NCBI RefSeq assembly: GCF_006345805.1
Contig: NC_043009.1
Coordinates: 23,188,001 to 23,252,000 of the forward strand
DNA: 64,000 nt
Reading direction: 5' to 3'
Source of the DNA: Octopus sinensis
Lineage: Eukaryota
Part shown: positions 40,173-54,998 of the stretch, piece after piece
How positions within the stretch are numbered: position 1 is the first letter of the stretch
How the letters are laid out: the number at the start of each line of letters is the position of its first letter
Notes under the pieces: model-generated
Databases searched by the model: none
What the model saw: only the letters and a program-made list of their open reading frames with translations
Told to the model about the DNA's origin: nothing
Translations under genes and position numbers: made by a program

Positions 40173-40382
40173 TATATATATATAGGTTTATATATATATA
40201 TATTATATATATATATATACGAAGGTTTCTTTCAGTTTCCGTCTACCAAGTCCACTCATAAGGTTTTGGTCGGCCCGAGGCTATAGTAGAAGACACTTGC
40301 TCAAGGTGCCATGCAGTGGGACTGAACCCGGAACCATGTGGTTCGTAAGCAAGCTACTTACCACACAGCCACTCCTACGCCT
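39892..40382 (-). mobile_element. Family-B SINE, full length, with internal (TA)n
   Basis: Reverse complement of the 35272 consensus, with (GAGTAAAA)-type tail. Confidence 0.88.
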
Positions 40383-41583
40383 ATGAGTATAAATAATCGA
40401 TGATGGGTATTGCAACGATAGATCGTAGCTGATATCTCGCTACATAAACTGCTATGTTACAACGAATGAAAATCAGCTAGATTTACCTCGTATCAAGGTC
40501 TTGTCAAGAATAATTTATTTCCATTCAAGCCTTATTGCGTGTCTTTTGGAATAGAGTATTTACATCATGCTATGTACAGTTCTGCCCTCTTTACCTTCAC
40601 TCCAATGAATTACGCCAGTTCACCCCACCCCCACCCCAGGTATTGTGTATTTACAGCTATATTACCGAATATGCTTATTTGCTTTTAGGGTGGAAGAGTG
40701 AGAGTTGACAGAAATTGGCGGTCTATTTCAAGCCGATCAATTGACCGTTCAGAGGTGGTTCTTTGATGTGGTAATTGTTGATATTTTGTTGATATCGCTC
40801 CTGTTCCTGTTGTTGTTGTTGTTGTTTAACTTTAGGACAGAGTTAATTAGGCAGACCTACGTTCAAAAGCATCCTATGACCTTCTTGTGTGAATAGAGCT
40901 ATGAAGAACTACATTATCCATTTTCTACGTTATTTATGGCAGCCTGTTTCAGCAGTTCGTGTATCATCAGTACAAAGTGTGATACGATTATGTTTATTAA
41001 TTTATGTTTAAATAGTCTGAACTGCTTAAATAATTATCAATATAATCCGTCTCACGCTTTGCGCTGTTGATCATGAAAGGATGAAGGAAAATTGGCATCT
41101 GTTCTATTTCAAGATGTCGAAGATTGATAGCCACATCTTCGTTGCTCTTTGTATCTGTTATCTAAAACATTTAATCGTCCCTGGCTCAGTCTATATAGCT
41201 ATACCACATGTATACATACTGATGAACAAACTGATTGTTTTGTTATTGAAATAAATAAGAACAGACAGTATAATTCGTTGGCTAATAATTATTTCGTTAC
41301 CCAAGAGCGAAAAGTTTGTAGGAATATTTCGTTACCCCCTCTTCCTGTTACAAGAAACAAGAAAGCAATTAACCAAAACCAAATTATACATATCACTATG
41401 AAATAACAGCTCGAAACAAAAATGTTTATACCTCAAAGAATATATCGGAAAACGACTTGTGAAGTTTTAATCTAAAACAGAAATTATTGACTACTAAAAG
41501 ACATTTTTCACAAGGCAAAATTCCTTGGAGACAGTTATTATTCTGTATGTAAACACTAAGAATATATATATAATATATATATA

Positions 41584-41666
<83 letters not shown>

Positions 41667-42147
41667 TGTATGTATCTAGTATGTATTGTGTATGTGTGTG
41701 TGTGTATCTTTTAAAATTGTTTACGGGAAACGTTTTGAATATGCAAATAAAGCTCCTATTCCATTATACCGGCCGCAGTTTAATAATGTTGCATTCGAGC
41801 TGTACCAATATAATGTAGGATAAATAAAATAATAATGATAACAATAATCCTTGGATGGAATTTATAAACATTTAATGCATAGCTATGCGCGTTTCCACAA
41901 ATCCCATGTCTTTTAAGGTCACAGTCCGTATTCTCCGAGGACATTGGTTTGATCATCTTCATGGATTCATTTCATCAGGTGATATAACATTAGTGGATTA
42001 AAAAAAGACTGGGGTCGATTCATTTGACTAAAAGTTCTTCAAGGCGGTGCACCAGCATGGCCACCGCCTAATGCCTGAAACAAGTAAAAAGAAAGATAAT
42101 AGAAAACGTGCGCGCGTACATATATATATGTATATATATGTGTGTGT

Positions 42148-42194
<47 letters not shown>

Positions 42195-42219
42195 ATATAT
42201 ATGCATATGTGTGTGTGTG

Positions 42220-42251
<32 letters not shown>

Positions 42252-42347
42252 CGTGTATGTATGCATGCCTGTTTGTGATGTTTCTGCACGGACATAGATA
42301 CGCGCGCGCACACACACATATTGAGATATTTTGAAATAATAATGTTT

Positions 42348-42629
42348 CTATTTATATTCTCTCTCTTTTATTCTTTTACTTGTTTCAGTCATTACACTGC
42401 GGCCATGCTGGGGCACCGCCTTTAGTCGAGCAAATCGACCCCGGGACTTATTCTTTGTAAGCCCAGTACTTATTCTATCGGTCTCTTTTGCCGAACCGCT
42501 ACGTGACGGGACGTAAACACACCAGTATCGGTTGTCAAGCAATGCTAGGGGTACAAGATGCCACGCAGTGTGAGTGAACCCGGAACCTTGTGGTTGGTTA
42601 GCAAGCTACTTTCCACACAGCCACTCCTA
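42348..42629 (-). mobile_element. Family-B SINE with central deletion
   Basis: The 3' half is joined directly to the 5' tRNA-like part; the microsatellite core is missing. Confidence 0.8.
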
Positions 42630-42688
42630 TATATATATACACGTGTGTTTGTGTGTGGGTGTGCATGTCTGTTTATGTCTGTCTCTGC

Positions 42689-42757
<69 letters not shown>

Positions 42758-43611
42758 ATATATATATATATATATATATTATATATGATATGATATAATT
42801 ATATATATATAATAGCTATATATATATATATATATATAAATGTATATATATATATATATATATATATATGGTATGTGTGTATATATATATAATATTATAT
42901 ATATATATATTATATATAATATATATATATTATATATACATATATATATGTATTTGTATATATCACAAATATCCACTTTAGTCTGAATGACCCTACTTCT
43001 CTTTCCACCTCGTTCTCTTCCTCTCCTATCTTCCATTTCGTCTTTTCCAATTATTCTTCTTTCTAATTATCTACCCACTCCAACTCTCTCTTTCTCTCTT
43101 TCCCTCCCCACTCTTTATCTCTTCCTATTCTGTTCACACTCACCTTTCGTTTTCACCTTATTTCGCTACTAATCTTCTGTCTCCCACCTCCTCTTCTCTC
43201 TCTCTCTCTTTATCTTTGAACATTCCAATCTATCTTTTCCTTTTCCCTCCTCACTCTTCTCTGCATCTCTGTCTCTGTCCCGCAGTATCTCACTCATACT
43301 ATCACCTTTTCTTGGAATTCAACTGCTTTTAAAAATATATTCCCGTAACTCACCTTTGCCAGAATTCCAAGTCGTTCCCCTCCCGCTCCTACTTCACCTC
43401 CTCCTCCTTTCACAAACCCAATTCACATAGAAACGCCTTATATTTACACTTTGGAAAAATGAAAAGGAAGGAAAACTGAATATATGCATACATACATGTA
43501 TGTATGTATATGCTATATATATATATGTATATAATATATATATATATATATATCTATATATATATATATTATATATATATATATATTAATATATATATAT
43601 ATGTATAATAT

Positions 43612-43660
<49 letters not shown>

Positions 43661-45502
43661 TCATATACATATACATACATATATATACGCAACATATACA
43701 GACATGCATACACATACACACATACCTACACACATGCATTCATATATATATATGAATGCATGTGAGTTACATACATATATATACATACATACATACATAC
43801 ATACATACATACATACATACATACATACATACACACACATACAGGAGTTGTACTTGTTTGGCAAGTGACTCGATCTGAAGCAGTTTGTTGAAACTGAAGC
43901 AATTACCATCACTGATGAATTACTTTAACCATTTAAGAACACAGACATAGAACTACTGTCTATTATGAAGTGCTAAAATCTTTCGTCGCACCTTTTGACA
44001 GCTGTCATTTGTGGTTGCAACCAAGCCAAGGAGGCTTTTTCACGCTTTATAAATAGACATAAAAGTACCTCTTATAATAGTAAAGAATTCTTCTGGTGTT
44101 TAAACTGAGCAAAGTTTAAGATACATACACTGGGAGATTGGTCCTTAAAACGACTTTGGACATCTTGTGTTTCATCTTAACTCTACTAATTCTCTATACA
44201 ATACTATTTGCTTGCAGATTCTTGTGTCATCAGTTTGAGTAATATACCTTATCTATCTGAGTGGTCCGGGTCTAAGTATGGGGCAGAGAAATGGAACGTT
44301 CGCTTTCCAGAGTAGTTTGTGTCAGGAATTTTATCCTGTTACTGTCTTGCTCTACTCAAGATGTAGATCAGGACCACTCAGATAGCTATGGTATATTACA
44401 TGAATATAAGACACCATAACCGACAAGCAAGTAGAATTGTATGGAGAATTAGTAGATGGAAGAAAGAGTATAGAGCATCCAAAGTCGTTTTAATGAGTTC
44501 TTTATCAATGAAAGAATATGAGAAGAGTCAGCAAAGGACCACAGCAAGAGGCGATCAGCTGTTCACAGAGGCGCCAAAGCTCATGAAGACACTTGCATTC
44601 TGAAGAGCTAAGTCAAAGACATAAATGCACAACGGTGGCAGACACTTCTGTTTCACTGTTGCTCGACTGCAGATATTATCGGAAACCACGTCTAGCGCAC
44701 GAAAGGCAATGCTTAAGAAGAAATTAAATGAAGATCTCGAGCATAAAAAATGAGGTTACAGTATTTGCAATATCGTCAGCCAACGACGGAAAACGGTTAT
44801 ATAAACCCAGATTTCTATATTTCTGTTGGAAATGTACTAACAACTTTTGTAGGGTACTATAATGTTTAACCAGATTCGCTAACAATTTAAATACATTTTG
44901 GTATCATAGAGGGGTGGTGATGAAAGAGTTGCATCTTAGCGGTAATGAGATCTGACAGGAAGGCACCGATCCAAGAAATCAAAGATGAATGGAGATCTTA
45001 GGTGGGTAGTTATCCTTAGGAGATTCTCGTGTCAAACACGATCGAATATTTTTATTGCTGTTGAGTGCAACATTACTCTTTCCATAACAGTCCATTGCAG
45101 GATTCAAAGCCAGTAATTTTGATGGAAGGACCCTAATGTTCAGCTGGTAATTATTTTATCGATCTCAAAAGGATGAAAGACAAAGTCTATCCCAGCGGAA
45201 TTTGTCCGATGTGCGAACGATTCTACCAGCCCCTTGCCTCAGTGGAGCATTTCACTAGTTTGCAAGTTCCTTGAGCGAATTGTTTAGTGTGAAATATAGA
45301 ATGGGAGAGAAAGTGACAGGAAGGAAGAGCGATGGTTGTATCGAGTTAGTTGTTTCACAAGAGCAGGCGCCGTTTATAATTGTGGTGCAAGACGCAGCAG
45401 CAGAGAAGAATCAATATGTCAGTATATTAGAGGTCGTAATGTGTTGGTAAGTGAATCGTTGTTAGTTACCCAAAATATTTTCTTCAGCATGCTATTTAGC
45501 AG

Positions 45503-46004
45503 TGTGGATGCGCGTGGCTTAGTGGTTAGGGTGTCAGCATCATGATTGTAAGATTGTGGTCTCGATTACTGGACCGGGCGACGCGTTGTGCTCTTGAGCA
45601 AAACACTTCATTTCACGTTGCTCCAGTCCACTCAGCTGGCAAAAATGAGTAACGCTGCAATGGACTGGCTAAGCTTTAAAAGGGCACAGTGGAGGCGCAA
45701 TGGCCCAGTGGTTATGGCAGCGCACTCGCGGTCAGAGGATCGCGGTTTCGATTCCCAGACCGGGCGTTGTGTGTGTTTATTGAGCGAAAACACCTAAAGC
45801 TCCACGAAGCCCTGGCAGGGTGTGGTGGCGACCCTTGTTGTACCCTTTCGCCCCAACTTTCTCTCACTCTCTCTTCCTGTTTCTTGAGTAACGCTGTGAT
45901 GGACTGGCGTCCCGTCCAGCTGGGGGGAACACATAAGCCACAGAAACCGGGAAACCGGGCCCATGAGCCTGGCTAGGCTTGAAAAGGGCGCATAAATAAA
46001 TAAA
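45503..46004 (+). mobile_element. Two tandem tRNA-derived SINEs (family C)
   Basis: GTGGATGCGCGTGGCTTAGTGGTTAGG and GTGGAGGCGCAATGGCCCAGTGG heads, GGTTTCGATTCC B-box and a GATGGACTGGCGTCCCGTCCAG domain. Confidence 0.85.
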
Positions 46005-46640
46005 CAGCAGCGGCAGCAGTGTCACAGTCACGAGGGCAGTGTTGTAAGGTTTACGAAGCACAAGGAGTGGCATATTCTAGGAGACAGAAGAATTAGGAAC
46101 TTGTGTTGTTCATGTTATTCTTCAAGAATTGTAGCAAACTAATTGAAGTGAAAGCAACCAAAGGATTCGAAACTGTATCGGAGAACTGGACTCATTGGAA
46201 GCTTACTGTAATATTTACTCCACCTTTTCTACCTTTTTACGATAAATCGTTCTTGACGAGGCCCAATAAAAGTATTTCAGGAAGCTTTAGAATGTCGAGA
46301 CTTTTATAATGCTCTAAGAACATTGATAACTGCAGAAAAAAAATATGCAACCAGAAATCGAAACCGGGCTGCAGTTTCTATCTGTCAGCAATTACCGTTG
46401 TTCTGTATGTGTTTAGTGCATTCGGTTATTATTCTTTTATAGTATAGGCGTATAACTTAGTGGTTAGAATATTTGACTCACGTTCGTGAGTTCGATCTCT
46501 AGCGGCACGTCATATCCTTGAGCCAGATACTTTATTTCACGTTGCTCCAGTCCACTCATCTGGTAAAAATGAGTTGTACCAGTAATTCAAATGGGCCAGC
46601 CTTATCACATTCTGTGTTATGCTGAATCACCCTCAGAACT

Positions 46641-46880
46641 ACTCTTTTACTCTTTTACTTGCTTCAGTCATTTGACTGCGGCCATGCTGGAGCACCGCCT
46701 TTATTCGAGCAAATCGACCCCAGGACTTATTCTTTGTAAGCCTAGTACTTATTCTATCGGTCTCTTTTGCCGAACCGCTAAGTTACGGGGACGTGAACAC
46801 ACAAGCATCGGTTGTCAAGCGATGTTTGGGGGACAAACACATACATACATACGTACATACATACACACACACACACACAC

Positions 46881-46939
<59 letters not shown>

Positions 46940-47095
46940 GACGGGCTTCTTTCAGTTTCCGTCTACCAAATCCACTCACAAGGTCAGCCCGAGGTTATAG
47001 TAGAAGACACTTGCCCAAAGTGCCACGCAGTGGGACTGAACCCGGAACCATGTGGTTGGTAAACAAGCTACTTACCACACAGCCACTCCTGCGCC
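46641..47095 (-). mobile_element. Family-B SINE, full length
   Basis: Close match to 39892-40382, with internal (CA)/(TA) microsatellite. Confidence 0.9.
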
Positions 47096-47509
47096 TACGT
47101 TAAAGATACGCGTGTCTATGAAGTACACAGTCACTTAAGCGTTAATTTTAGGAGCAGGCTACACCGTTGATTGGATCAAGTGGAACACACGTCGTTTTAA
47201 CCGACGGAGTTCCAGTTTTGTATGTTTTAATGACTCCACAAAGACCCATATCTCTTCCCTAACATAAGTGGAGTTACTGAGGTTGAAACCACACACACAG
47301 TTGCCTTGATTTGTTGGAAGTTTTACTCTTGTCAATACGACATTCGCCGAAATATTGAATTTAGTTATGTTGGCCTATAGTGCCAAGTTTTCTTTTTACA
47401 AGCTTGGCTTAAAGGACTAAATCAAAACTCAATGCCTATATTTTTTTATTGGCCCCAGAGAAATAGCCAGTAGACCCTTAGATATTACTGTATTGAGTCC
47501 TAGGACTCA

Positions 47510-47730
47510 TGAGATCGGTTACCTAGTTTCCATATCGCTTATAAGTGACCGAAATCACATTTCCCCCGAACTGGACACCAGTCCGTTGCACGCTTACCTA
47601 TTTGCAGCTGAGTGGACTGCGTCAACATGTAATGAAGTGTTTTGCTCAAGAATACAACTCCTCACCTCGTGCGGGAATCGAAACTACTAGCTTGTGATTG
47701 TGAAACACTAACCACTAGGCCAGGCGTCTT
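47510..47730 (-). mobile_element. Family-C SINE, diverged
   Basis: GCTGAGTGGACTG…GAAGTGTTTTGCTCAAGAATACAAC…CTAACCACTAGGCC. Confidence 0.65.
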
Positions 47731-47989
47731 AACCCTCGGAGCAATACAAAAGAAATATTCAATTCTGGCAGGATTTGAATTCATGACTCAGCGAGAGATG
47801 GAACTAAATCTCGCAAGTTGCAGTTGTTTCTTTCTGCTGTGGTAATTGTGCTTGTTTAATCCCAACGCAACCTTGAATCGAGCAGGAGCGTCTCTTCTAT
47901 TACCATCCCATTTTAATGTAGTCCCAGCTTATCTGGGACTGCATTATATAATGAGTCATTTCTACATTTTTTCTTTTAAGACGTTAGAG

Positions 47990-48401
47990 CAGAGATTCTC
48001 AACGTAAGCGGTACCACCCCCACAAAGGGGCGCTGGGCATATCGAAGGGGACGTTAAACTTTAGGAGGCGGTGAGGTAGGTCGTGAGGTAACATTATTAA
48101 CATAGTAAATTTTACCTATAGCAGTAATTATATAATGCACGATAAAACTAGTAAAAGTTATCAAAATAGAATGAGATCTCAAGCACGGGAAGTCATTGAC
48201 TTTCAATGTATAAAGTAAATTTACAACTTTTGTCATTATTAATTTTTTATCATCTCACTGTTAGAAGCTTGTACACTCTAGAAAGTAAAGTTTATAAATT
48301 ATCATCCAAATTCAGTTAGTTTAGTTGTAACCCCTCAATCGTCACTTAGGTGGACACTAAGGGAACGCTACTAAAAGAAAAGAAGGCTTAACAGCTACTG
48401 C
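47990..48401. mobile_element. Possible degenerate hAT-type MITE
   Basis: CAGAGATTCTCAAC… at the left and …AACAGCTACTG at the right, with GGGGCG subterminal motifs. The TIR match is poor and no clear TSD is seen. Confidence 0.3.
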
Positions 48402-49792
48402 TTTAGAGTGTAATAAGGAGTGGGATTTCGGAAGGATTCGGAATCCTAACTTGGAAAGGATGAAGGGATGAAATTAAATACCGTGAGGTATTTACATGGG
48501 GTGATCTACCGTTTGCATCAACTCGCCGCTCTCTTTATTTATTATTTTCGGCGTGTATATTTAGCATCATTAGCGAAAGAATGTCATAATGGTTTCCGCA
48601 TTAGCTGAACGTCGATGGCCAATACAAGCAGACGACAACGGAAAAGGATGAGGCTTGCTAATGGCGGCGTGTAATGATTGATGTGCCAGGTAAAAATGTG
48701 TTACAAAGAGGGAATGAGAGACAGGATGAAGTGAACTTCTGTGACGTAGGAACTGAAGAAATCTTCTTTCTTTCCCGTTTTTACCTGTTACTAATATTTT
48801 ATAAGCTTTATTCCTGGCTTTTTTAGAAAGTATACACATATACTCACTCACAAAACAAATCAGGGTATAGGAATCTGGAATATTCGAACCAAGGTGCAAC
48901 TTTCAAGCAATCTGGGAAACTGCCAACATTTTGACATCTATTATTCATTCTTTTTCTTTCTTTTCATTTCTTTCTTTTAGCGCCGGAGATGAAAAAAAAA
49001 TAATAAAAGAAAACAGCAGCAGCAGTAACAACAACAAAAAGTACGCCTTTCCTCCGTTTCGCTTCCTTTTTAGCATTTCTTTCTTTTTTCTTTCACGTCG
49101 TTTACCATTTTCCTTCCTTCTTTCTTTCCATCTTGCTTTCATCTTCTCACCTCTGACACCATAATTTCCTTTCTTACCTTCCTCCCTCTTCAACTCCATT
49201 CCTATCGTCTCTCTCTCTCTCTCTTGATATCCCCCCTCTCTCTCTCTATCTATCTATCTCTCTATATATACTTATACATAATCTATCTATCTATCTATCT
49301 CTGTGTGTAACACCATCCTTTCTTCGTCCCAGACACCTATTTTTGTCGCTTTCCATTCATCTTGTGCTTTACTTCCTCCTTGTGCTCTTATACCAATTAG
49401 CCAACATAGCTGCTTTTCTTCTTGGAATAGAAATTTAGGGAAATATATATATATATATTTTTCGGGATAGTGGAACCAGACCATAAAATTAATTTCTTTA
49501 TGCACTGTACATCGGTCTTAGATATATTCTCACTGTCTCTTCAACATTTAATCTAATCAGCTTGCATGTGCATGTATGCATCGCCGCCAAATTAAACAGT
49601 TTTATCGGTAGCTGTCGAAATTGTGATGATATTTGGTCGATAACTCATGAAGGGTTGAATATGTCCGCATCCACTTTATGTTTGCATTCTCTGTTTTTCC
49701 ATTTGTTCCTTTATCGTCTCACGATGCCGCATTACACACACACACACACACACACACTCAACACACGCGCAGGCACACGCACACACACACAC

Positions 49793-49855
<63 letters not shown>

Positions 49856-50169
49856 TAGTCGTGTGATTGAATGGTTCAGGTGCTTGCTCCTCAGTGAGTC
49901 AGGCCACAAATTGGATTCCACTTCGTGGCCACGGTGAAAATAGTTTTTTACCATAAACAGTCTAGGTTTGACCGTAGACCATATGGAGTGTGGGGGGGGG
50001 GGACTGGATAGACGGAAACTATTTGGAAGCCCGTCGAATGGATTATATCTTTCACGTTGACTGTGTTTGGGAATTGCATTAACGGTTAACACATCCGAGG
50101 AAAGTTTAGATCGAAGAAATACTCATCATAGACAGTGACGGAGATCCATTATATATATATATGTGTGTA

Positions 50170-50212
<43 letters not shown>

Positions 50213-50358
50213 ATGTATGTGTGTGTATAAAAATACAGGCTTGGCTAAGAAACTCACTTCGCAAAACCACTCGGTCCCACTATGTAGAAGCCTGTTGTGT
50301 GTGTATACATACACACACACGCACGCACATACACACACACGCACGCACACACGCACAT

Positions 50359-50473
<115 letters not shown>

Positions 50474-51125
50474 ATAATGTTCGTCCTTCGGTTCGAAGAT
50501 GACCAACTGACATCATCTGATGGAACTGCCGCCATGAGACCGGAGGTGGCTGGTGAGGCCAATCCGGGCAAGGAAGCCCCTCCCACAGGTGGGGCAGAAG
50601 TGGGTAGGTATATATATATATATATTAGTTGGAAGCTGGCGATTAGAATCCGTCATTACTCCGAGCTTTTGTTAGTGTGCATTCGTTCAAGCAACTGAGA
50701 AATATTGCCTGAAAGAAAACACTAAACGCGAAGCGGAAGAATCTAGATTGGCGATTAAGGAAATCAAGAATCTCAAGAAATTTTCATAACCTCTACTACA
50801 TGTATAGAGTACATATGTAGAGCACCTGTATAGAGTACATTTTTCTCTCATTTCTACATCCAAAGCCGTATATAAAAATATTCCTATTCGTTTCATTTAT
50901 CGTGTTGGATTCGTTCCTAACAAGGTTTATAAGGTGGTGTAATTGCATCTTTTGGGTTTCTTCTTAACCACAAACCAGAAATTCTTCACCTACAAACCGA
51001 TACAAAATAATTACATAAAGTTATAACAGGAATAATTAATGTTCCGTGAACATACAGGAACTCTGGAATAGCCTTTATATCCCCGTTATCGTTTATGAGT
51101 ACTCCAATCTTTTTCTACAATCAAC

Positions 51126-51159
<34 letters not shown>

Positions 51160-51554
51160 TCAGTTTTATCTCTTCTTCTTCTTCTTCTTCTTCTTCTTCT
51201 TCTTCTTCTTCTTCTTCTTCTTCTTCTTGTATTCTATACATTGTCCTCTCCCTCTTTCCCACCCCTTCTCTCTCTATCAGATTTTCGCTCCAGTCTCTAT
51301 CTGCACCGATGTTTTTGAAAATGAGGCTACTAATTTGCATACCATACTTGACAGATGCATGTTTTACTTGTTTTAAGTTTCAAAAACTACTTTTGAAGTT
51401 TTATTCTGTATGTGAATGATCTTGTAAAAACTAGTTGTCGGAATGTCGTTTTGATAGTACAAGTTGTATTGATGTGATTAGCGATCAACCTGTTCACTGC
51501 AACAATGTTTGATGGTATATTTAACATTTAAAGCGGTACCCCAGCATGGCCATA

Positions 51555-51772
51555 TAGCCGACTCATATAGACTCATAAAGCCGGTTTCCCGGTTTCTGTG
51601 ACGGGGCACCAATTCACCGCAGGATCTCTCCTTTCTACTAGCTGAGTGGACTGGAGCAAGATGAAATGAAGTGTTTTGCTCAAGAACACAACTCGTCACC
51701 CAGTCCAGGAACCGAAACAACAATCTTTCGATCATGAGGCTAACACACTAACCTCTAAGCCACGCGCCTCCA
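51555..51772 (-). mobile_element. Family-C SINE
   Basis: CCGGTTTCCCGGTTTCTGTG…GCTGAGTGGACTGGAGCAA…TAAGCCACGCGCCTCCAC. Confidence 0.8.
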
Positions 51773-51789
51773 CGAAAGAAAAGGGGCGA

Positions 51790-51957
51790 TAGTAAGTGGT
51801 AAGTAGCTTGCTTACCAACCACATGGTTCTGGGTTCAATCCCACAGCATGGCACCTTGAGCAAGGGTCTTCTATTATAGCCTCGGGCCGACCAAAGCCTT
51901 GTGAGTGGATTTGGTAGACGGAAACTGAAAGAAACCCGTAGTATATAAGTATATATA

Positions 51958-52013
<56 letters not shown>

Positions 52014-52295
52014 ATCATCTTGCTACAGTCAAAAATTGTGAAGCATGACTGTCACCACTACTACATGAACCCGAAGATTGCAGAATTCAATGCATGAAAG
52101 TACTAGTTCAATCAGAATGAACATTTAACATTCTACTATTTTATTTTATTTTATTCTATTATAATATATTATCTTATAATATATCATTATAAGATTGTAA
52201 ATAAAACGTGAAAATCAGACAAGGTTGGAATTCCTTTTATTAATATATTCTTCTATACACAATCACACCCACCCACATATATATATATATCTATA

Positions 52296-52380
<85 letters not shown>

Positions 52381-52670
52381 ATGTATGTATGAAAGAAACT
52401 GAAAGAAGCCCGTCGTATATATGTATATGTATATATATGTGTGTGTGTGTGTTTGTGTGTCTGTGTTTGTCCCCCCAACATCGTTTGACAACCGATGTCG
52501 GTGTGTTTACCTCTCCATAACTTTGCGTTTCGGCAAAAAACACCGATAGAATTAGTACTAGGCTTACAAAGAGTAAGTACTGGGGTCGATTTGCTCGACT
52601 AAAGGCGGTGCTCCAGCATGGTCGCAGTCAATGACTGAAACAAGCAAAAGAGTAAAGAGCAAAAGAGTAG
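51790..52670 (+). mobile_element. Family-B SINE halves (51790-51945 and 52395-52670) separated by (TA)n and unrelated DNA
   Basis: Both halves match the consensus, and GAAACTGAAAGAA.CCCGT is present in both. Confidence 0.75.
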
Positions 52671-53992
52671 AAGCACTAATCTACATATCTTCTAATCACT
52701 CCAACACCTCTAATCTTTCTATACACCAATTTATTGAAAAGTTAGATTCTTTCATTCCCCAATGACAGATCTATTTGGCAAATTCTTCTATGACCTCTTT
52801 TACGGAATCATTTTTACCCACCTATACTCACACCAGTTTCTTATTTGGTTTCCAGATTTTGCCATATTCCTTCTATAAATTAAACTCACTTCCTTTACTC
52901 AAACCCCCTTCCGTGTCGTACACGTGTTTTCCAAAACCCGTACTAGATACCAGTTGCGTATGGTGTGCTGCCAAAACCAAATTTTAAGCAAGGGTGTAAC
53001 GAAAGTTTTCCATTAAGATTTGTGAGTAAGGTCAATATTTATAACGAATTTGTCATTTTCGATGGGTGTGCAGCGAATATCTAGCACACCCGGAATATAC
53101 GCCCCCTACTAAATACATCTTTTAGTTCTTTTTCCATAGAACATCAAATTCTTTGGAACTCTTGTCCTTGTCTTTTCAGCATAAAATCAACCAAGCTGAA
53201 ATATCGACATCAATGACCTCATACTTTATAGGGCAATTAAATATGAAACTTAATCGCTAGTGTCCTTCATTTTAAAGGTGAGCATCTGAATTCGAACGAG
53301 CTCCGCTCCCTTGTTTACTGATCTAAAGATGTTTATCTCGTCATATCATTCTGAAAGATAAAAAAATAAAATAAAAGCCAGCAAAATACTGTTTCCATGG
53401 TTATTACTTTTTCTTCACATTTTCTGCTGTTCTTTTATTATACCGTCATATATCACATGTTGGCACCTGTCAATTTTCACAGGTGAGAAAAGCATATGTT
53501 AGAGAGGCATTTTTTTTTTTAAACTAAGAGAATACCTCCCGGCTTTTTCAATAAATACCAAGCAGATTAATATCAAACACACCACCCAGAGTTTATTTTG
53601 GTACAAGCGATTCCTTTTTTAAGATTTTAGCTTAGTTGATGACCTTTCGGCCTTATCTAATTATATCACGGTATCTATATTATAATAAAGTCTTTAGAAA
53701 TTAATTTCGCAACAGGATTAATGAAGCCATTGAAGTAGACTCTACACGGTTGCTCGACTTGCAAAGAATATCTATGAAGTGTCGCTGAAACCTCATTATG
53801 TAATGTCCTCTGTCCCGCTTCTGACAGTGCGAAAACTGTACTAGGCGAGCTGGCAGATCATTAAGACGACGGGCAAAATGCTTAGAGGCATTTTGTCCGT
53901 CTTTACGTTTTGAGTTCAAATATCGGCGAGGCAGAGTTTGCCACTCATCCTTTCGAGTCGATAAAATAAATACCAGATGAACATTTGTGTCG

Positions 53993-54113
53993 ATTATTTA
54001 CATTATTTACATTCGACGGATATTTGTCCTCACCTTGCTTGTTGTTAACACACAGTGTTAACAACAAACAAGATGAGGACAAATATCCGTCGAATGTAAA
54101 TAATGTAAATAAT
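53993..54113. repeat. Near-perfect palindrome (59-bp arms, 3-nt loop)
   Basis: ATTATTTACATTATTTACATTCGACGG…GTTAACAC-aca-GTGTTAAC…CCGTCGAATGTAAATAATGTAAATAAT, with two mismatches. Confidence 0.95.
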
Positions 54114-54998
54114 GTACATAATTCCTCATCTCTTAAATATAGAACTGTATTGGAATCAACTTTGCTCCTCTCTCGAAATTTCTGGCTTTGTGCCAAAATT
54201 TGAAACCGATATTAGGACTGATTTAAGCCACTTTGGGTGATCGTTGCGTTTATCTCGCTCGGGTTTCCTTGGATCAGTGGAAAGGTAAGACAAGTACGTT
54301 TGAGAGAGACATTCGAGTGCTGAGGTTGCCAGGAGAGAGAGAGAGCAATGTTGAATTCAAATGCATTAAATGGGGCCCCGTTTCCCGTGTAGGCTTGACG
54401 GATGGGTGTGAACACCTTGTTGAGTTAATTAGCCCTTGTATATAAGTATTTTCAAGGACACACCGGAGTGAAACCTCGGAAGAGAGTTGCCGGTTTCGTC
54501 TCCGACGACTCGGCTGTGTGCGGGTTTATATGATTAATGGAAAATTAAACCAAACCCTAGTGTTTTCTTAATACATTTAACACTTGGGAAAATGTATTCC
54601 GAGATACACTATGAATAAAAACAATGTAATACTGGCGGCTGAGATGATCTTGAATATATATTTGCTGACCTGGGTATGTAAGCAACAACAGTAGCAGCAG
54701 CAGCAGCAGCAAAAGCGAAAGCAGCCAAAAAACAGCGACAACGAAAGTAGCAGCAGCAACAACTGTTGTTAACCCTAATTGAGGAGGGCTGCTGCAGGAA
54801 GTCCATATGTGTGGCATCAGGAGTCAGCTTCTTACCTTATCTTCAGACGTATTTGTCGGAGAATTTCTACGACTTTATCAGCCCCAATTTCTGACCTTCC
54901 AATCCCACCGATTAAAATATTATGGAATACTATGTCTATATGTATACGCATATATATTATCGATTACACATGCTCAATGTATGCTTGTTCTCCGATAG

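Noticed and set aside
41219-43918. CTGATGA at 41219 and 43912 as hammerhead cores
   Set aside because: No correctly placed stem II plus GAAA, and no stems I and III.
45503-45760. Possible tRNA genes
   Set aside because: A/B boxes continue into SINE bodies and no complete cloverleaf is evident.
50476-50605. RTE-like short fragment
   Set aside because: The resemblance is from memory only; it is too short and has no second copy in the window.
52680-52900. Possible minus-strand LINE RT remnant (KEVIEEF…INWCIERLEVL)
   Set aside because: Too degenerate to support without a profile search.
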